NCBI GenBank assembly: GCA_963924565.1
Contig: OZ004611.1
Span: 20,646,001-20,710,000, forward strand
Direction: 5' to 3'
DNA: 64,000 bases
From: Ascidiella aspersa
Lineage: Eukaryota
Shown here: positions 33,801 through 45,065 of the stretch, piece after piece
Layout: the number at the start of each line of letters is the position of its first letter
Position numbering within the stretch: the stretch's first letter is position 1
Translations under genes and position numbers: made by a program
The notes under the pieces: generated by a model
What the model was told of the DNA's origin: nothing
Seen by the model: the letters and a program-made list of their open reading frames with translations, nothing else
Database searches by the model: none

Positions 33801-36800
33801 ATTATTTCGCTCCCCGCACCTGCTAGAATATACTTTTATTTACTTCAGATTGAGCACCACCATAAAACGTTCGGTTTTGAGGCATTTTTGTTTGGTGCTG
33901 TTTATTTTTGTTTGCTGTTTAAAATAAATTTAGTATGATTTTTAAAGATATTTGAAGTCAAGTGAATGGCAGTTATTCTTTAAAAATAATTTTTACGCTT
34001 TGTAAATACGGGGCATGGTCTTGATTGACATTTCACATAACAGACACCCTTCATTACAATTTACTAGCACTGAATTGCATATTTTTTTTTCTTTTCAGAC
34101 CATAGCGTCTGGTGTACTTGGGATCGAATCTAGCAAAGAAGGAAAAAACATATACGTACGTCAAAACCGCCAGCAACACGTTTTGTATTTCTAATTTAAT
34201 CGCTTTATTGTTTTAATTGATTTGTGCGTTTACACTGTAGGTGGTTGTATCTCTTGTATTATGTATTTTCACGGCCCTATCTGCGATTGCAATGATTCTT
34301 ATCGAAGCCTTTGCTATCGATGTCGTCTGGGTGGTGTCCGGCATTGATCCGCAACCTTCTTCTGTAAGTTATTGTCTTTCTAAATTATAAAGATATTTAT
34401 TCTTTAGTAAAACAATTGAGAGATGGCGCTGTAGATTAGTTTATTTGTTGACTGCCTTTGCCTTGTCCGTTGGCCACGAGCTGCTGTTAGCAAACTACTA
34501 GACAACTAAACTCTGTGAAATTGTTATTAATTTCTATGCTTCGTTATTTTGTGTCTTCTGTCAGGGTTGTATTTTGTTTGAGGGGTGGGGATAATTACGT
34601 CACAGGTTCGTGACGTCATAATTTTAGTATTTTAAAGAAGTGTACCGTTCTGAAACGTACTGATGTGCGAATATGCGACGCGTGTAAAAATAAGTAAAGT
34701 TAATTCGATCGAAAACAAATTGCGTTCATTTGCTATAAATTTGACAAAATTTTAAGGAAACGTTTCGCAGTCGGCAAATACATTGTTCGATATTTACGAA
34801 GGTCGTCAACTCCCTAGCTGCTAAATGGCTACATTTCAATTGCGTAAAAATCACAGGAAGCAACAGTAAATAAGTTGCATTGATGTTTTTTTAAGTCAGG
34901 TAAATGTTACTCACGATAGAATTGCAATATTGCAAAACTTCAAAGATTTGCTGAAGCGGCCAAAAATGCATTAGCTATAGTATTTTGGCAGAAATGGTGT
35001 TCTATAGAAATCTCCAAAGCGCCAGGCGTTGGACAACATTTAGAAAACATGAAAGTATCCTACAGCCACTTTAAGCTGATAATGAGAAGAACATTTAATT
35101 GAATGAATTTTGCATATAGACAGACATGAATGTTAGCAAAATAAAATTTGGGCGCATGGCTAAAAACTCTTTTTTTTTAATTCATTTACCTTAGTTTTTG
35201 TTTCCTGATAGATTACATACTATAGATTGTATCATTGGTGACAATTTTCTTCGTTACGTTTTTGCTTTACTTTTATTGCAGTACGGAATGCTGATAATCC
35301 ACTTCCTTCTTTGCTTTCTGGCGCTTTTTGAACTGGTTCTTTCTATTGTTCAATCTGCAATTAGTTGCAAAGTCAAATGCTGTCAGGTGCGTTGCATACA
35401 TATTCATGTGAAAACTTTGTAGCATAACACAGCAGGTGAAGAACAGATATTTTTTTCCTTATGTTTGACATGCGATACGAGACAAAGGTCTAGCCAACCT
35501 GAGTCGTATTTTCTGTGGTGTGCATATAGCTTTTATCGCTACTGTTTGACTCCGCATATCACAATCAGTACTATAAACTTTGGGATGAGCCGTTTAAACC
35601 TCACTAATGAGGAATTACACCCGACTAACTTACAATTCATGAACTAGAAGAAAAAAATATCGACAACACTTATGGAGAATGAACGTATAACAATGCCTAG
35701 AAACGGGTTTACAATGCTTATCACCATGTCCTTTTTGCGACCAGCACTTCACAGCCTCTATTTATAATTTATGTTGGAGAAACAAAATTACACCACGCCT
35801 TGAGTTACAATATTGTTTAAAAAGATTTTAAAATAAAATAGAACCCGAGAATAAACGAGACCTTCATTTTAATCTAAATGCGAATGTGGCGGGTATTGAC
35901 GATTACATTTTTCGAACCTGTAGTACCCATGATGATAAAAAGGCAAAGGTCGCGCTCAACTAACGTCTATCTATTAAGGACCTAATTCGACGAAATGATG
36001 CTAACATTATTCGACGAAAAATCTGCAGTTGTATACATATTCAATATAAGTTCCAGTTTGGTGTTAAGGCATAATTTGTATTTTGAAAACTAAAAGGAGT
36101 TGCTATTCAGTTCCACGCCTGTTGATAAACGTACATCAGAATAATGGATCTGTGGACTTCTTCCTGCTAAACGAAACAGGGCTAAAAAGCTAGCTTGCGA
36201 TAAGATTCAGACTCATGACCTCCGCCGTACTGTACAATTTTACACTTGTGTATGAATCTGAAAAAGCAAAAGGCTGGGAGGCTGCGTGCCTGGGGCTTAT
36301 AGTTTACCGTCACCCCGACAACCTTTCTGCTAGTAAAAGCCACCGCCCACTGTTCGCTTTTCTACAACTGTTTTTAGCCACCCAAATCCCAATTACCCGC
36401 CGACGCCTTCCTTTCGCAGACCACCGATACCCTGAAGTACATGCCGGAAGGCCATCCGCCGATTTCGCTGTCGCCCACCGAAAAGCATCGTAAGTTTTTA
36501 GGATTGTTTTCGACAGTGCTGCAACTACCTAAACTCATTTTTTTTTCTGATTATAGGTGTCTAGTTATTTTGTCTTGCAAACTCGGATCGTGTGATGTGT
36601 TTTAAAATGATACTAAAATCCGACCGATATTTTTTTGCTTTGTAGGTTTAAGAAGGAAGTCGATAATATAGCATAAAAACCGATACACCATCTTTGCCAG
36701 CGGTTCTTAACCTTTTTTCAGCTGCTCCCCCCTTTGCTAATTTTCCTATGCCTTGCGCCCCCTACGAAAATCAATTCGTAAATACTACTGAGACAACACA

Positions 36801-38184
36801 AAACAGTGAAGTGCATTGTTGGCCGCGGGAACGCGAAAATAATTGAGTTTTATTTGGTTGAATTAGCTAAACCGTAGGTAATTCAGAAGGCTTTACGAAT
36901 TTGGCACACAACAAATTGCTCGTGCTCGACACGACCTGATTTTGCTAACGTTTTGTGAGGGCATTGACTCCATAGCTATAAGGCTGTGATGTCGAGCGCA
37001 AAAATTAAACATTGTGTTATCGTGATTCAAAAGATATTACACCGCAATACAACGGGAACATTGCAAAAACATTATAGATTCGTGCAAAAAAGTTTAGTTC
37101 CCCCGTTTCTAGCCTGTTATCATATACAAAACATTAATAAAAACAGTTCGAAAGGGATGTAACTTTTATCGTTTATCTATAAGTTAGCAAAACTGTAATT
37201 CCCACATTTGGCAAGCGTTGTTGGACACCCCGGATTTAGACTGATGCCGCTTTGTACATATCGCGTTTTCATGAAATATTTTTATTTATTTAAACTTTTG
37301 ACCGTAAAACAATTTCTTTGCTAGAAGTTGCGTGTTTGTTAATTTTTTAGTTGGCATATTGGTCATACTCGGACGAGTTTGCCAATTTTTAATAGATATG
37401 TAAATTACTCTTCTGGAAAGTGAACTTGCTTTAATCATTTCTGGGACTCGACTATGGGCAATTAATGACTTGGCCCGGGACTTAGCTTGTTATTTTTTTG
37501 CAAACCAATTGACTTGGACTTAAGTTTTCTTTTAATACTTTGACTGAGACTTGAGTTATTTTAATATAACCTTTTACCAACAATGAACATCATGTGATCA
37601 ACTTAGACTTTAGAGCTTAATAATATATGTTTTTGCTTACGTCATGCCACATCAATTAAGTAATTGTTTATTTCTGGTTTTGTATTGAACAAATATAGTT
37701 GCTCTAAACCTGTATAAATATGCGTTTTGTTTTGCAGCTCAACCGGAATATGGAGGATATCGTTATAAGGTTGGCTAAGATAATACTTTAATATTGTTAT
37801 TGCCTTTATCAAGCATAGGAAAACAAACAGAGAAGCTTATATTCTGTTATGGGGAGAAATTTAGGTTTAAACAGGACATCTAAACATGCTGTCCAACTCA
37901 TGGGTAATGTTGTAATTTGGCCTCTATTTACCAGATAAGGTTCCCAATAAAACCACAGATTTTGTGTGACACTCCCTTTTTACGTAGTGACAAAAACAAA
38001 ACTTCATTTTTACGCTACATATTCTGTCCAAATTACAAGAGTACATGTCCTGTATATCTATAGCTATAGCCTATATATGTGCGGCGAATATCGTGGCCTG
38101 CGAACCTAACTTTATGCGAGATACGTTTGATAATTATTTAATCAATTATTGATTTTTATTGTTTAGAAACGCGAAGACGTGTAA
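30884..38184 (+). CDS. MS4A/CD20-like four-transmembrane protein; exons (30884-30910 tentative), 32943-33071, 34099-34155, 34241-34363, 35282-35386, 36378-36489, 37738-37769, (38167-38184 tentative); about 200 aa
   Basis: In-phase GT-AG exons encode AIQLLIGIMMVILAV (TM1), APGIWCGAL|TIASGVLGI (TM2), VVVSLVLCIFTALSAIAMILI (TM3), LLCFLALFELVLSIVQSAISCKVKCC (TM4) and a Pro-rich tail, the CD20/MS4A pattern. First and last exons are uncertain. Confidence 0.78.
30931..31273. mobile_element. hAT (Buster-type) MITE
   Basis: CAGTGGTCTCCA / TGAAGATCACTG termini; TSD ctgtagcc / ctgcagcc; GGGGTCGCGACCC motif shared with 4453-5643. Confidence 0.75.
32413..32620. repeat. Fold-back inverted repeat (88-bp arms, 32-bp spacer) derived from a hammerhead-bearing Penelope-like terminal repeat
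   Basis: Arms 32413-32500 and 32533-32620 differ by one base; homologous to 39710-39830. Confidence 0.85.
32641..32874. mobile_element. Non-autonomous hAT-type MITE (TAGGGATG termini)
   Basis: TAAGGATGTCCGAT / ATCGGACATCCCTA; TSD gtgacgga / gtgatgga; many ATCGG/CCGAT subterminal motifs. Confidence 0.8.
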
Positions 38185-39702
38185 CAAGTCAACATATTCC
38201 GCAGACCATCCACCAATGAGCCCTCATTGCTGCTGATTGCTGATATCTTTTTAAAAATGTTACCAGTTTCTCCAATCAAATGCAATTTGACACAGCATGA
38301 CAAAAAACTGAGTAAATCTAAAAAAATACTATGGCACAATATCAAGCTATTGCATGCATTGATAATAATGTGACACATACTTTTTATTTTTAGTTTACCT
38401 CGTAAAATATGACCTCAAACGCCTTGAATAGAAAGTTCTAATTGGGAACTTATGTACAGTTGTGTCTTCAATATAATTACCTGTTGCTGTGAGGTTGACA
38501 TTTGCACAGCTATCATTTAACCTCAAATAATCGATTAAATGCAAGGGGTTGGGCAGAATGAAGTCAATTACATCACGTATTGACATGCAATTGTTGTCGT
38601 TTGCCTTGTGCAATTCATTCAGACTTGGACGACTATCATATCTTAAGTTTTCCACGTAAAATTAGAATTAAAATATGAGCTTTTGATTTTTTAACAACTT
38701 TAACTAGAATTATTGAAGTTGCCAAAACTAAAAAGTGACTTAAAATCGGAAGTTCCATTTGGCTTTGCATTTTTTGTTGAAGCACCTGTTTCTCCTGGTC
38801 GCATCGCATAATTGTACCTTTTTTAAGTTTATTGACATTTTTGTCGTAATAAACAAACAAACCAATTTGCACGTTTTCATAGTGGTGTGACCTAATGTGT
38901 AATACGGGTTCATAGCTGAAAGATGATTATTCGTCTGGTTTTAGAAAACAATAAAGAACGTGACTCCTTGCCTAGCGGAAACAATGTGGGAAATCGAAGC
39001 GTAAAATTAGGCGCACAAATTCTGGTGACCAATGCAATGGATTTTCTCTTTGTCGAACTTAGGCGAGTAATTCGATACAGGCGGAAAAACCCGTCGTTGG
39101 CCCTTGCTTCATCCTACAGCAAATGGATGACGAAAAATAATTCCAGTTAAATCCAGAGTGCATACGGCAATTTGTTGATCGGCCAAACAAGAAATGCCCT
39201 CAGAGCGACTATAATGAACTTTTTGTAGCTGATCTACTCGCGATATTTTCTGTGGGAACTGTTTTTGTTTAAATCGGCAATGGAGTAGGGCATTGTTAAC
39301 CTTTTTATCAAGGTGATTTAAATTATTATCGAGTAATATATAATTGTATTTAAAGTTGTAAAGGGCCACAGTAACATAGTTTGTCTGGGCGATGAACGAA
39401 CAAACGTATACTTTACATCAAAACAGAACTTAAGTCGCGTTTGTAGATTTGAGGTTTTATGTTGGCTCGCTTTCAAGCTCGCACCCCCAATCTACTGACA
39501 CAGTCGAAAAAAGAGGAGCATATTTAAAACAACTGTGTTCTACTCGAGTCGTTATCTATCCTAGACTGTAGCCCTAAACTGAACGTCAAAGACTGCAGCC
39601 CTGAAGTGAACGTTTGGTGCTAAATAATAGTCCATATAGAGAAACTCAGAATGATAACAATCCCATCATTTATAAGTGATGCTTGAATTACTTCTCAGTC
39701 AC

Positions 39703-39744
39703 ATTAACTGAAGATGTTACAAGCTCGTATCGAAACGTCTTAAT
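39703..39744 (+). ncRNA. Minimal type-I hammerhead ribozyme motif (family B)
   Basis: ATTAA-CTGAAGA-T-GTTAC-aagctc-GTATC-GAA-A-cg-T-C-TTAAT: 5-bp stem I, intact core, stem II with one mismatch, palindromic ACGT at helix III, GUC cleavage triplet. Confidence 0.75.
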
Positions 39745-40423
39745 CAAGATGATGTCCATCTAATCGGCCTCTTTGGCTTTGCCATTCACTTTGTCATGCT
39801 ACATTGCAGATCCGAACATAGTGTACTCAACTGTGTTCTTTTTTACAAAATAATGTAAAACACGAAGCGCAGTGGAAAACACGTAAATTTTATACAGTTT
39901 AGAAACGAGCAAAAATACGCATTTTGTTTCTTTTTGTGTATATAGTTTTTTTCCTTGGGTATTTCATCGATTTTAAACATTCACAAGTGCTTGTAAACGC
40001 CAAAAGTGCCGTACATTTGAATTTAAGTGGAAAAATCGCATTTAAAATTGCTTCAGGTTGCAAATTGCCCCGATTGCCTTGCCATTCTCCCTTCTTACCA
40101 GCATCCCCTCATCCAGTAGTCGTAAAATGCCCAGGCCTGATCAGTCTTCCCTACTGAGTCCACGACTGGTTTCCCGTCCCAATTGCTAATTTTGGCGCCT
40201 ATTTTGGAACGGGTCGTCATCCGTGATCAACTTCCCGCGCGTTACCGACTGCAAATCGCGTGACGTCAGCATCATCGTGACGTCAGCGTGATGTCGACGA
40301 CCGACTATTGCTAAACAGTGAGCTGGATTTAATGCAGTTTTTTTCTCGTTGATCACATCGATTTATGCCGGGCAGGACTTAGCTTTAGGTAAGTAGTAAA
40401 ATTAACCTCCCAAGTAGTAAAAC

Positions 40424-40727
40424 CACTGGTTCACTTTTTTCTTTAAAACTTTTTTAGCTTGCGGCACACTAAATAAATCTTAAATATTACAAGGCTTACT
40501 TTTAACAAGACAGCAATAAGAGTAATTTTACAATACTCTTTAACACATAACAAACTATATGTAAATGTCTCGATAAAAATGATTTGTAATTAAAATTGCG
40601 TATTTGGGTCTAAAATGCTTGCTTGTATGCCTATTGGTACTACAAATAACTTATTTTTTTTAAATTACAAAAAGTTTTGCGGCACACTTGACGATCACTG
40701 CATTGGCACTCCGTTTGATAATCACTG
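40424..40727. mobile_element. Decayed hAT MITE related to 10946-11510 (opposite orientation)
   Basis: GCGGCACAC motifs, right end gtttgataatcactg, flanks agtaaaac / agttaaac. Confidence 0.65.
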
Positions 40728-41655
40728 AGTTAAACCGATCTGCTGTAAAACAGCCATGTGGAACCATCTCTTATTCACAGGTCTGATTTAGGCTGAGGAG
40801 GCAAGTGCATAACAGTAATACTTGTTTCCGGTGACTTGCCCTCGGCCATAAAACAACCTCGAGTGCACTTCCGAGGGGCATGTAGCAGACCTGCCCCTCC
40901 CCCCTATATGCCGTTCCTCGTGACTTTGAATCATAGGGGAGGTCGTTGGTCGCCTTACAGTTGCGCCCGGCGTTAAATAGGCCCGAGTGCCCCGCAGATT
41001 GCCTTGATTTGCTAAGGTCGCCACGACAGGTGCTGGCAGCCCGCCGTTTGTTTTTGTGCACTTTCGCAATCGGATTACGTCGCTATTTCGCGTTTGCGAG
41101 ACGCCGCGCGAAACCATCGATCGGGAGCCTTTATTGGCCGCCTTTACTTATTTATGAAGTGCCGAGCGACGGGGTTCGCTTGTTTGTTTGCCGTTGTTGC
41201 TTTTTAGCTGCAATTTTTTTCTAGTTCTCGTTCGATGTTTGCAGGGCGTCGACTGGTTCATTAATGAGCCTGTTGCGCCTTCAACGAGCCTTGTTGATTT
41301 GTTGTTCAGATGTGAGCCGCAAAAGAAATTGTCGTTTTAGGGAAACTGAAAAGTCGATTGCTTTAAAGTAAGATGCACTATTTTATTATGGGTCGAAAAT
41401 TTATTTTCGGGACTTTGCCGTTAAATGTTTCAGACCGATTTTTGTCCGAAGCTTTACAGAAAAAGTATACATCGTAGAATTCTCAAATTTTTATAGACGT
41501 AGAGTGGTAAGTAGGTGTGAATAAGACGTTTGTGAATCTGCACCCCCGGGGGCCTTCGATTGGGGGATAAAAAACCTAAAAGATTGTGTCGTCATCGTTT
41601 TAGCTCTATGTAGCTATCGACTCCCATCTAGTTTATAACTTGCTTTCATTTGTAC

Positions 41656-41695
41656 TTTAACCTGATGAATCACGATAGTGCGAAAGCTTGTCGAG
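41656..41695 (+). ncRNA. Degenerate minimal hammerhead ribozyme motif (family C)
   Basis: tttaac-CTGATGA-A-tCAC-gata-GTGc-GAA-A-gc-T-T-gtcgag. Core intact with palindromic AGCT, but the first stem II pair is T.C and stem I is weak. Confidence 0.5.
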
Positions 41696-41860
41696 ATTTT
41701 AGTGCAATTTGTCGTTAAACAATAGGGCGTATCTTTATAGAATCGAAAACCATCGGCGGCAGGTTTTAGCCAGTCGATCACTGCTCCGCTCACGCGTATA
41801 TTAACAAGTAAACTCATAGTTAAAAACATGAGTAAAAACAGGATCAGACGTTTTGTTTAA

Positions 41861-41899
41861 AGGAAAATATATTTCGCCAAAGTGGCATCATCAGTCCCT
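41861..41899 (-). ncRNA. Minimal type-I hammerhead ribozyme motif (family A, minus copy)
   Basis: AGGGA-CTGATGA-T-GCCA-ctt-TGGC-GAA-A-tata-T-T-TTCCT. Confidence 0.8.
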
Positions 41900-42042
41900 G
41901 TAAGGGTACAAATAAATAAAATCAAAGCGCAGCCATCAACAAACCAATAAAAGTAAACAATAAAAATGTTTTAATATTTTATTTTTTACTTTTATTGGTT
42001 CGTTGATGGCTGTGCTCTGATTTTATTTATTTGTACTCTTAC

Positions 42043-42081
42043 AGGAACTGATGATGCCACTTTGGCGAAATATATTTTCCT
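42043..42081 (+). ncRNA. Minimal type-I hammerhead ribozyme motif (family A, plus copy)
   Basis: AGGAA-CTGATGA-T-GCCA-ctt-TGGC-GAA-A-tata-T-T-TTCCT: perfect stems I and II, one A-U pair plus a palindromic tetraloop for helix III; predicted cleavage after 42076. Confidence 0.82.
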
Positions 42082-42745
42082 TTAAACAAAACGTCTGATC
42101 CTGTTTTTACTCATGTTTTTAACTATGAGTTTTACTTGTCGTTAAACAGTAACGCCTGATTACCATATTTAGAATTAGAAAGCGATTATTAACAAAGATA
42201 TTTTACAATTTATTTCGCGCTGACATAATGCCGTTAGACTTCTTTGGAAAGGCAAATCGACAGCAGCGTCTTTTCAGGAATTAGATTAAATATCCAACCG
42301 GAATGTGAAAGGGTTAAAATTTGAACCAAAAAGTTTAGCTAATATTGCGTTAAATTCTTACTACAGGCTGGCCTTAGCTGACTTAATGGCGAACTGACAA
42401 ACTTAGTTTTATTTGTTTTCGAGTCAATTATTGTGGATTTCGTTTTTTACCGTTAGCTTAAAAGAAGCATTGTTGGTTTTCAAATTAATTTTGCTTTCCA
42501 AAAGCAACGTCCGAAAAGCACAAGTTAGAAATTTAGGTGCTGCAAGAAACATAAAAGAATAAATTGCTTGAATTTAAAGTAATAAACTTCACAATAAAAG
42601 ATCAAATAAAACCAATATGTCTCACAGTAATTAATAATTTACAGAAAACTGTTTTGTCATACATGTCGCGGCGTCGAACAGACCACTGGATAACGCCAGT
42701 TATATTTGACACTAGGTGGCAACATAGAGTTTTATTAGGTTAGAA

Positions 42746-43085
42746 CAGGGGTTCTTAAACTTTGTTTTACCGCGGACCCCTAAATTCTCTTTTTGCCTCG
42801 CGTGGACCACGAAAGGCAAAAAAATCAAAATGACGTCATAAATTGACGTCATAGTACAAATAGACTTCGTAATCTGCTGATTTCGGTCCAAAAATGTGAA
42901 CGTGGAATAGAGTCTAAATACATTCAGTGCAAAACCGTTTTATTTTTAATCAAACTGTTTTCTTTAAAAAATTGATTACTTCCTAAATATATTTACACTA
43001 ATATTTCAATTTGACCTTCATGGACCCCCTAAAACTAGTTCACGGACCCCCAAGGGGTCCATGGACTCACGTTTAAGAACCCCTG
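42746..43085. mobile_element. hAT (Buster-type) MITE carrying two TGACGTCA palindromes
   Basis: Perfect 15-bp TIR CAGGGGTTCTTAAAC / GTTTAAGAACCCCTG; TSD ggttagaa / ggttagac. Confidence 0.9.
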
Positions 43086-44268
43086 GGTTAGACGTTAAAC
43101 AAACTTGCTGTGACGTATGGTAAAAAAACTTGCAGTGACGTATTACATTTAAGGTTACTCTAAAAATATAGGTTACATGTCTTTGCCATATAGTGAATAA
43201 GTTCGAAGACACAGGTAGAAAACAAATCAAATTGAAAATATATCGTAGAATAAATAGGTTTGGTGATCAAGCGTGATTCGAACGCCTTAAACGACATTTT
43301 GTGATATCAACATTGTATAAGCGACGGTATACTTCGTAGATCGATTTCTACACGTTTGCGCCCAAGCTTACATAAAAGTGCGAAGAAAGTGTGGCCTATA
43401 CGCAGCGCGCCTCGATGTCCTAAAACAGACAAGTTCGCATGATTAATTCATGCAGTCGCACAAGGCCAGACTGGTCTCGATGGGCCTCTAACTAAATTCA
43501 GGCATCTCTGATGTTGATTCATTCCATATTAAAGTGGTTCATTGAGAATCTGTGGGGATTGTGTATGTTTTGTTTTTAAATGGTTCACTTTACGATTAGT
43601 CTCTGTTAGAATAAAACAAGTTTTTTTACCAATAAGGTAATAAAAACATTTTTTCACCAATCTAACGATAAAGTCAGTTGACTAAGATCAATAGTTTTGG
43701 CCTAATATAAGCTATAAATGCACTTTTTTTCTAGTTTCGCTTTCCGCCGGCGAGCGAGTGATGTTGACATTGCATAAAATTGTAGTTTTGAAAGTTCGTT
43801 TTTATTTTAATCGCAAAAATCGACAATGCGTTGCTTGTTATTTTTTTGTTAGATAATACAAAAAATCCGTTGTTCGGCCAAAATCGTTATTTTATTATAG
43901 AATAAGCATAGCCATATCATTGCTTCTCACCACTTATATAAAAGAATGATTCAGATAATTAACATAACTTAATAACAAAAATATTTACGATGATTTGAAT
44001 TAAAATTTGCACCGAAATTGTACCGCCCCGCTAATATTTTTGTGGAAGTCGAATTTCTCCTGTATTTGTTAATCAACTTTTCTCCTGTCGTACAAACGGC
44101 ATCTATTTAAATTAGGTCGATGCAAACATCGTTGTTTATGCAAATCGTGCTTGCTAGGCTTGCGCGTAATACTATCAGACAGCAAGTTGTTGCTAGACGC
44201 CATTTCCTTATTAGACGCTATTTCCGGACAATACATTTTTTTTAATAATAAGGGTAATCATTGTAAAG

Positions 44269-45046
44269 CAGGGGTGGGCAATTATTTTTAGCCGCGGGCC
44301 GCATGAGAAACCTAAAATATTGTGGCGGGCCGGGTCAAATATAGGATCTAAAATACATACAATATGACGTCATACTCTGACGGTGTAAAACAAATAATCA
44401 ACCAATTTGTTATTACGTTTAGAGTGGTGCGAAAATGTGCAATTTAAGTCGGATTTAAAGAAGGTCACCGAAAAATTTGCGACTATGTTTGTTTGAAAAT
44501 GCAAACTTTAATTTAGATTTAGATGGTACGTGAAGCATTGAGCACCGACTAAAAATGTATTTGATATATTAGCGTTTATTAAGTTATGGGGCGCGTTGAC
44601 CCAAAACTTGAGAAGAAAGTACGTGAAAATTTCGTACGAAAAATTTACCTATATGTTTTTTCTTCTTTTTTAAAACTTAAAGTTACCGATGTGTTACAAA
44701 GTTTAACAAACTTAGCCTAAATTTATATATATTTTAAATATTAGGCTAAGTTTGTTAAACTTTCGTTGGAGAGAGTGCCACTGAGCAGGACGCTATTTGT
44801 TTGTAAAGATGCAAATCGCGTGAAACATACGAGAAAGACAAGAGATTTGCGCGAAGCGCGAAAAGAATTTCCGTTTTAGCATTTAGAACATGCTAAAAAT
44901 CGAATTTTGGCGGGATCTTGACAAGATCTGTCAACTTGCTCTGATTTTCGCTTAGCCTATGTATTTTATTGAAAATAAGCCGCGGGCCGGATTAAACTGC
45001 TTGGCGGGCCGGATCCGGCCCGCGGGCCGTATGTTGCCCAGGTCTG
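44269..45046. mobile_element. Non-autonomous hAT (Buster-type) element
   Basis: CAGGGGTGGGCAA / TTGCCCAGGTCTG termini; GCGGGCCG subterminal repeats; perfect TSD ttgtaaag. Confidence 0.88.
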
Positions 45047-45065
45047 TTGTAAAGAAACCAACTTA

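Larger units (their letters stand above)
41804..42139. repeat. Long palindrome (~162-bp arms, 11-bp spacer) with a hammerhead motif in each arm
   Basis: 41804-41965 is the reverse complement of 41977-42139, with 6 substitutions and one 1-bp indel. Confidence 0.92.

Noticed and set aside
21998-36770. Isolated hAT-like left ends at ~21998, ~33197 and ~36698
   Set aside because: No matching right TIR or TSD found, so not listed as elements.
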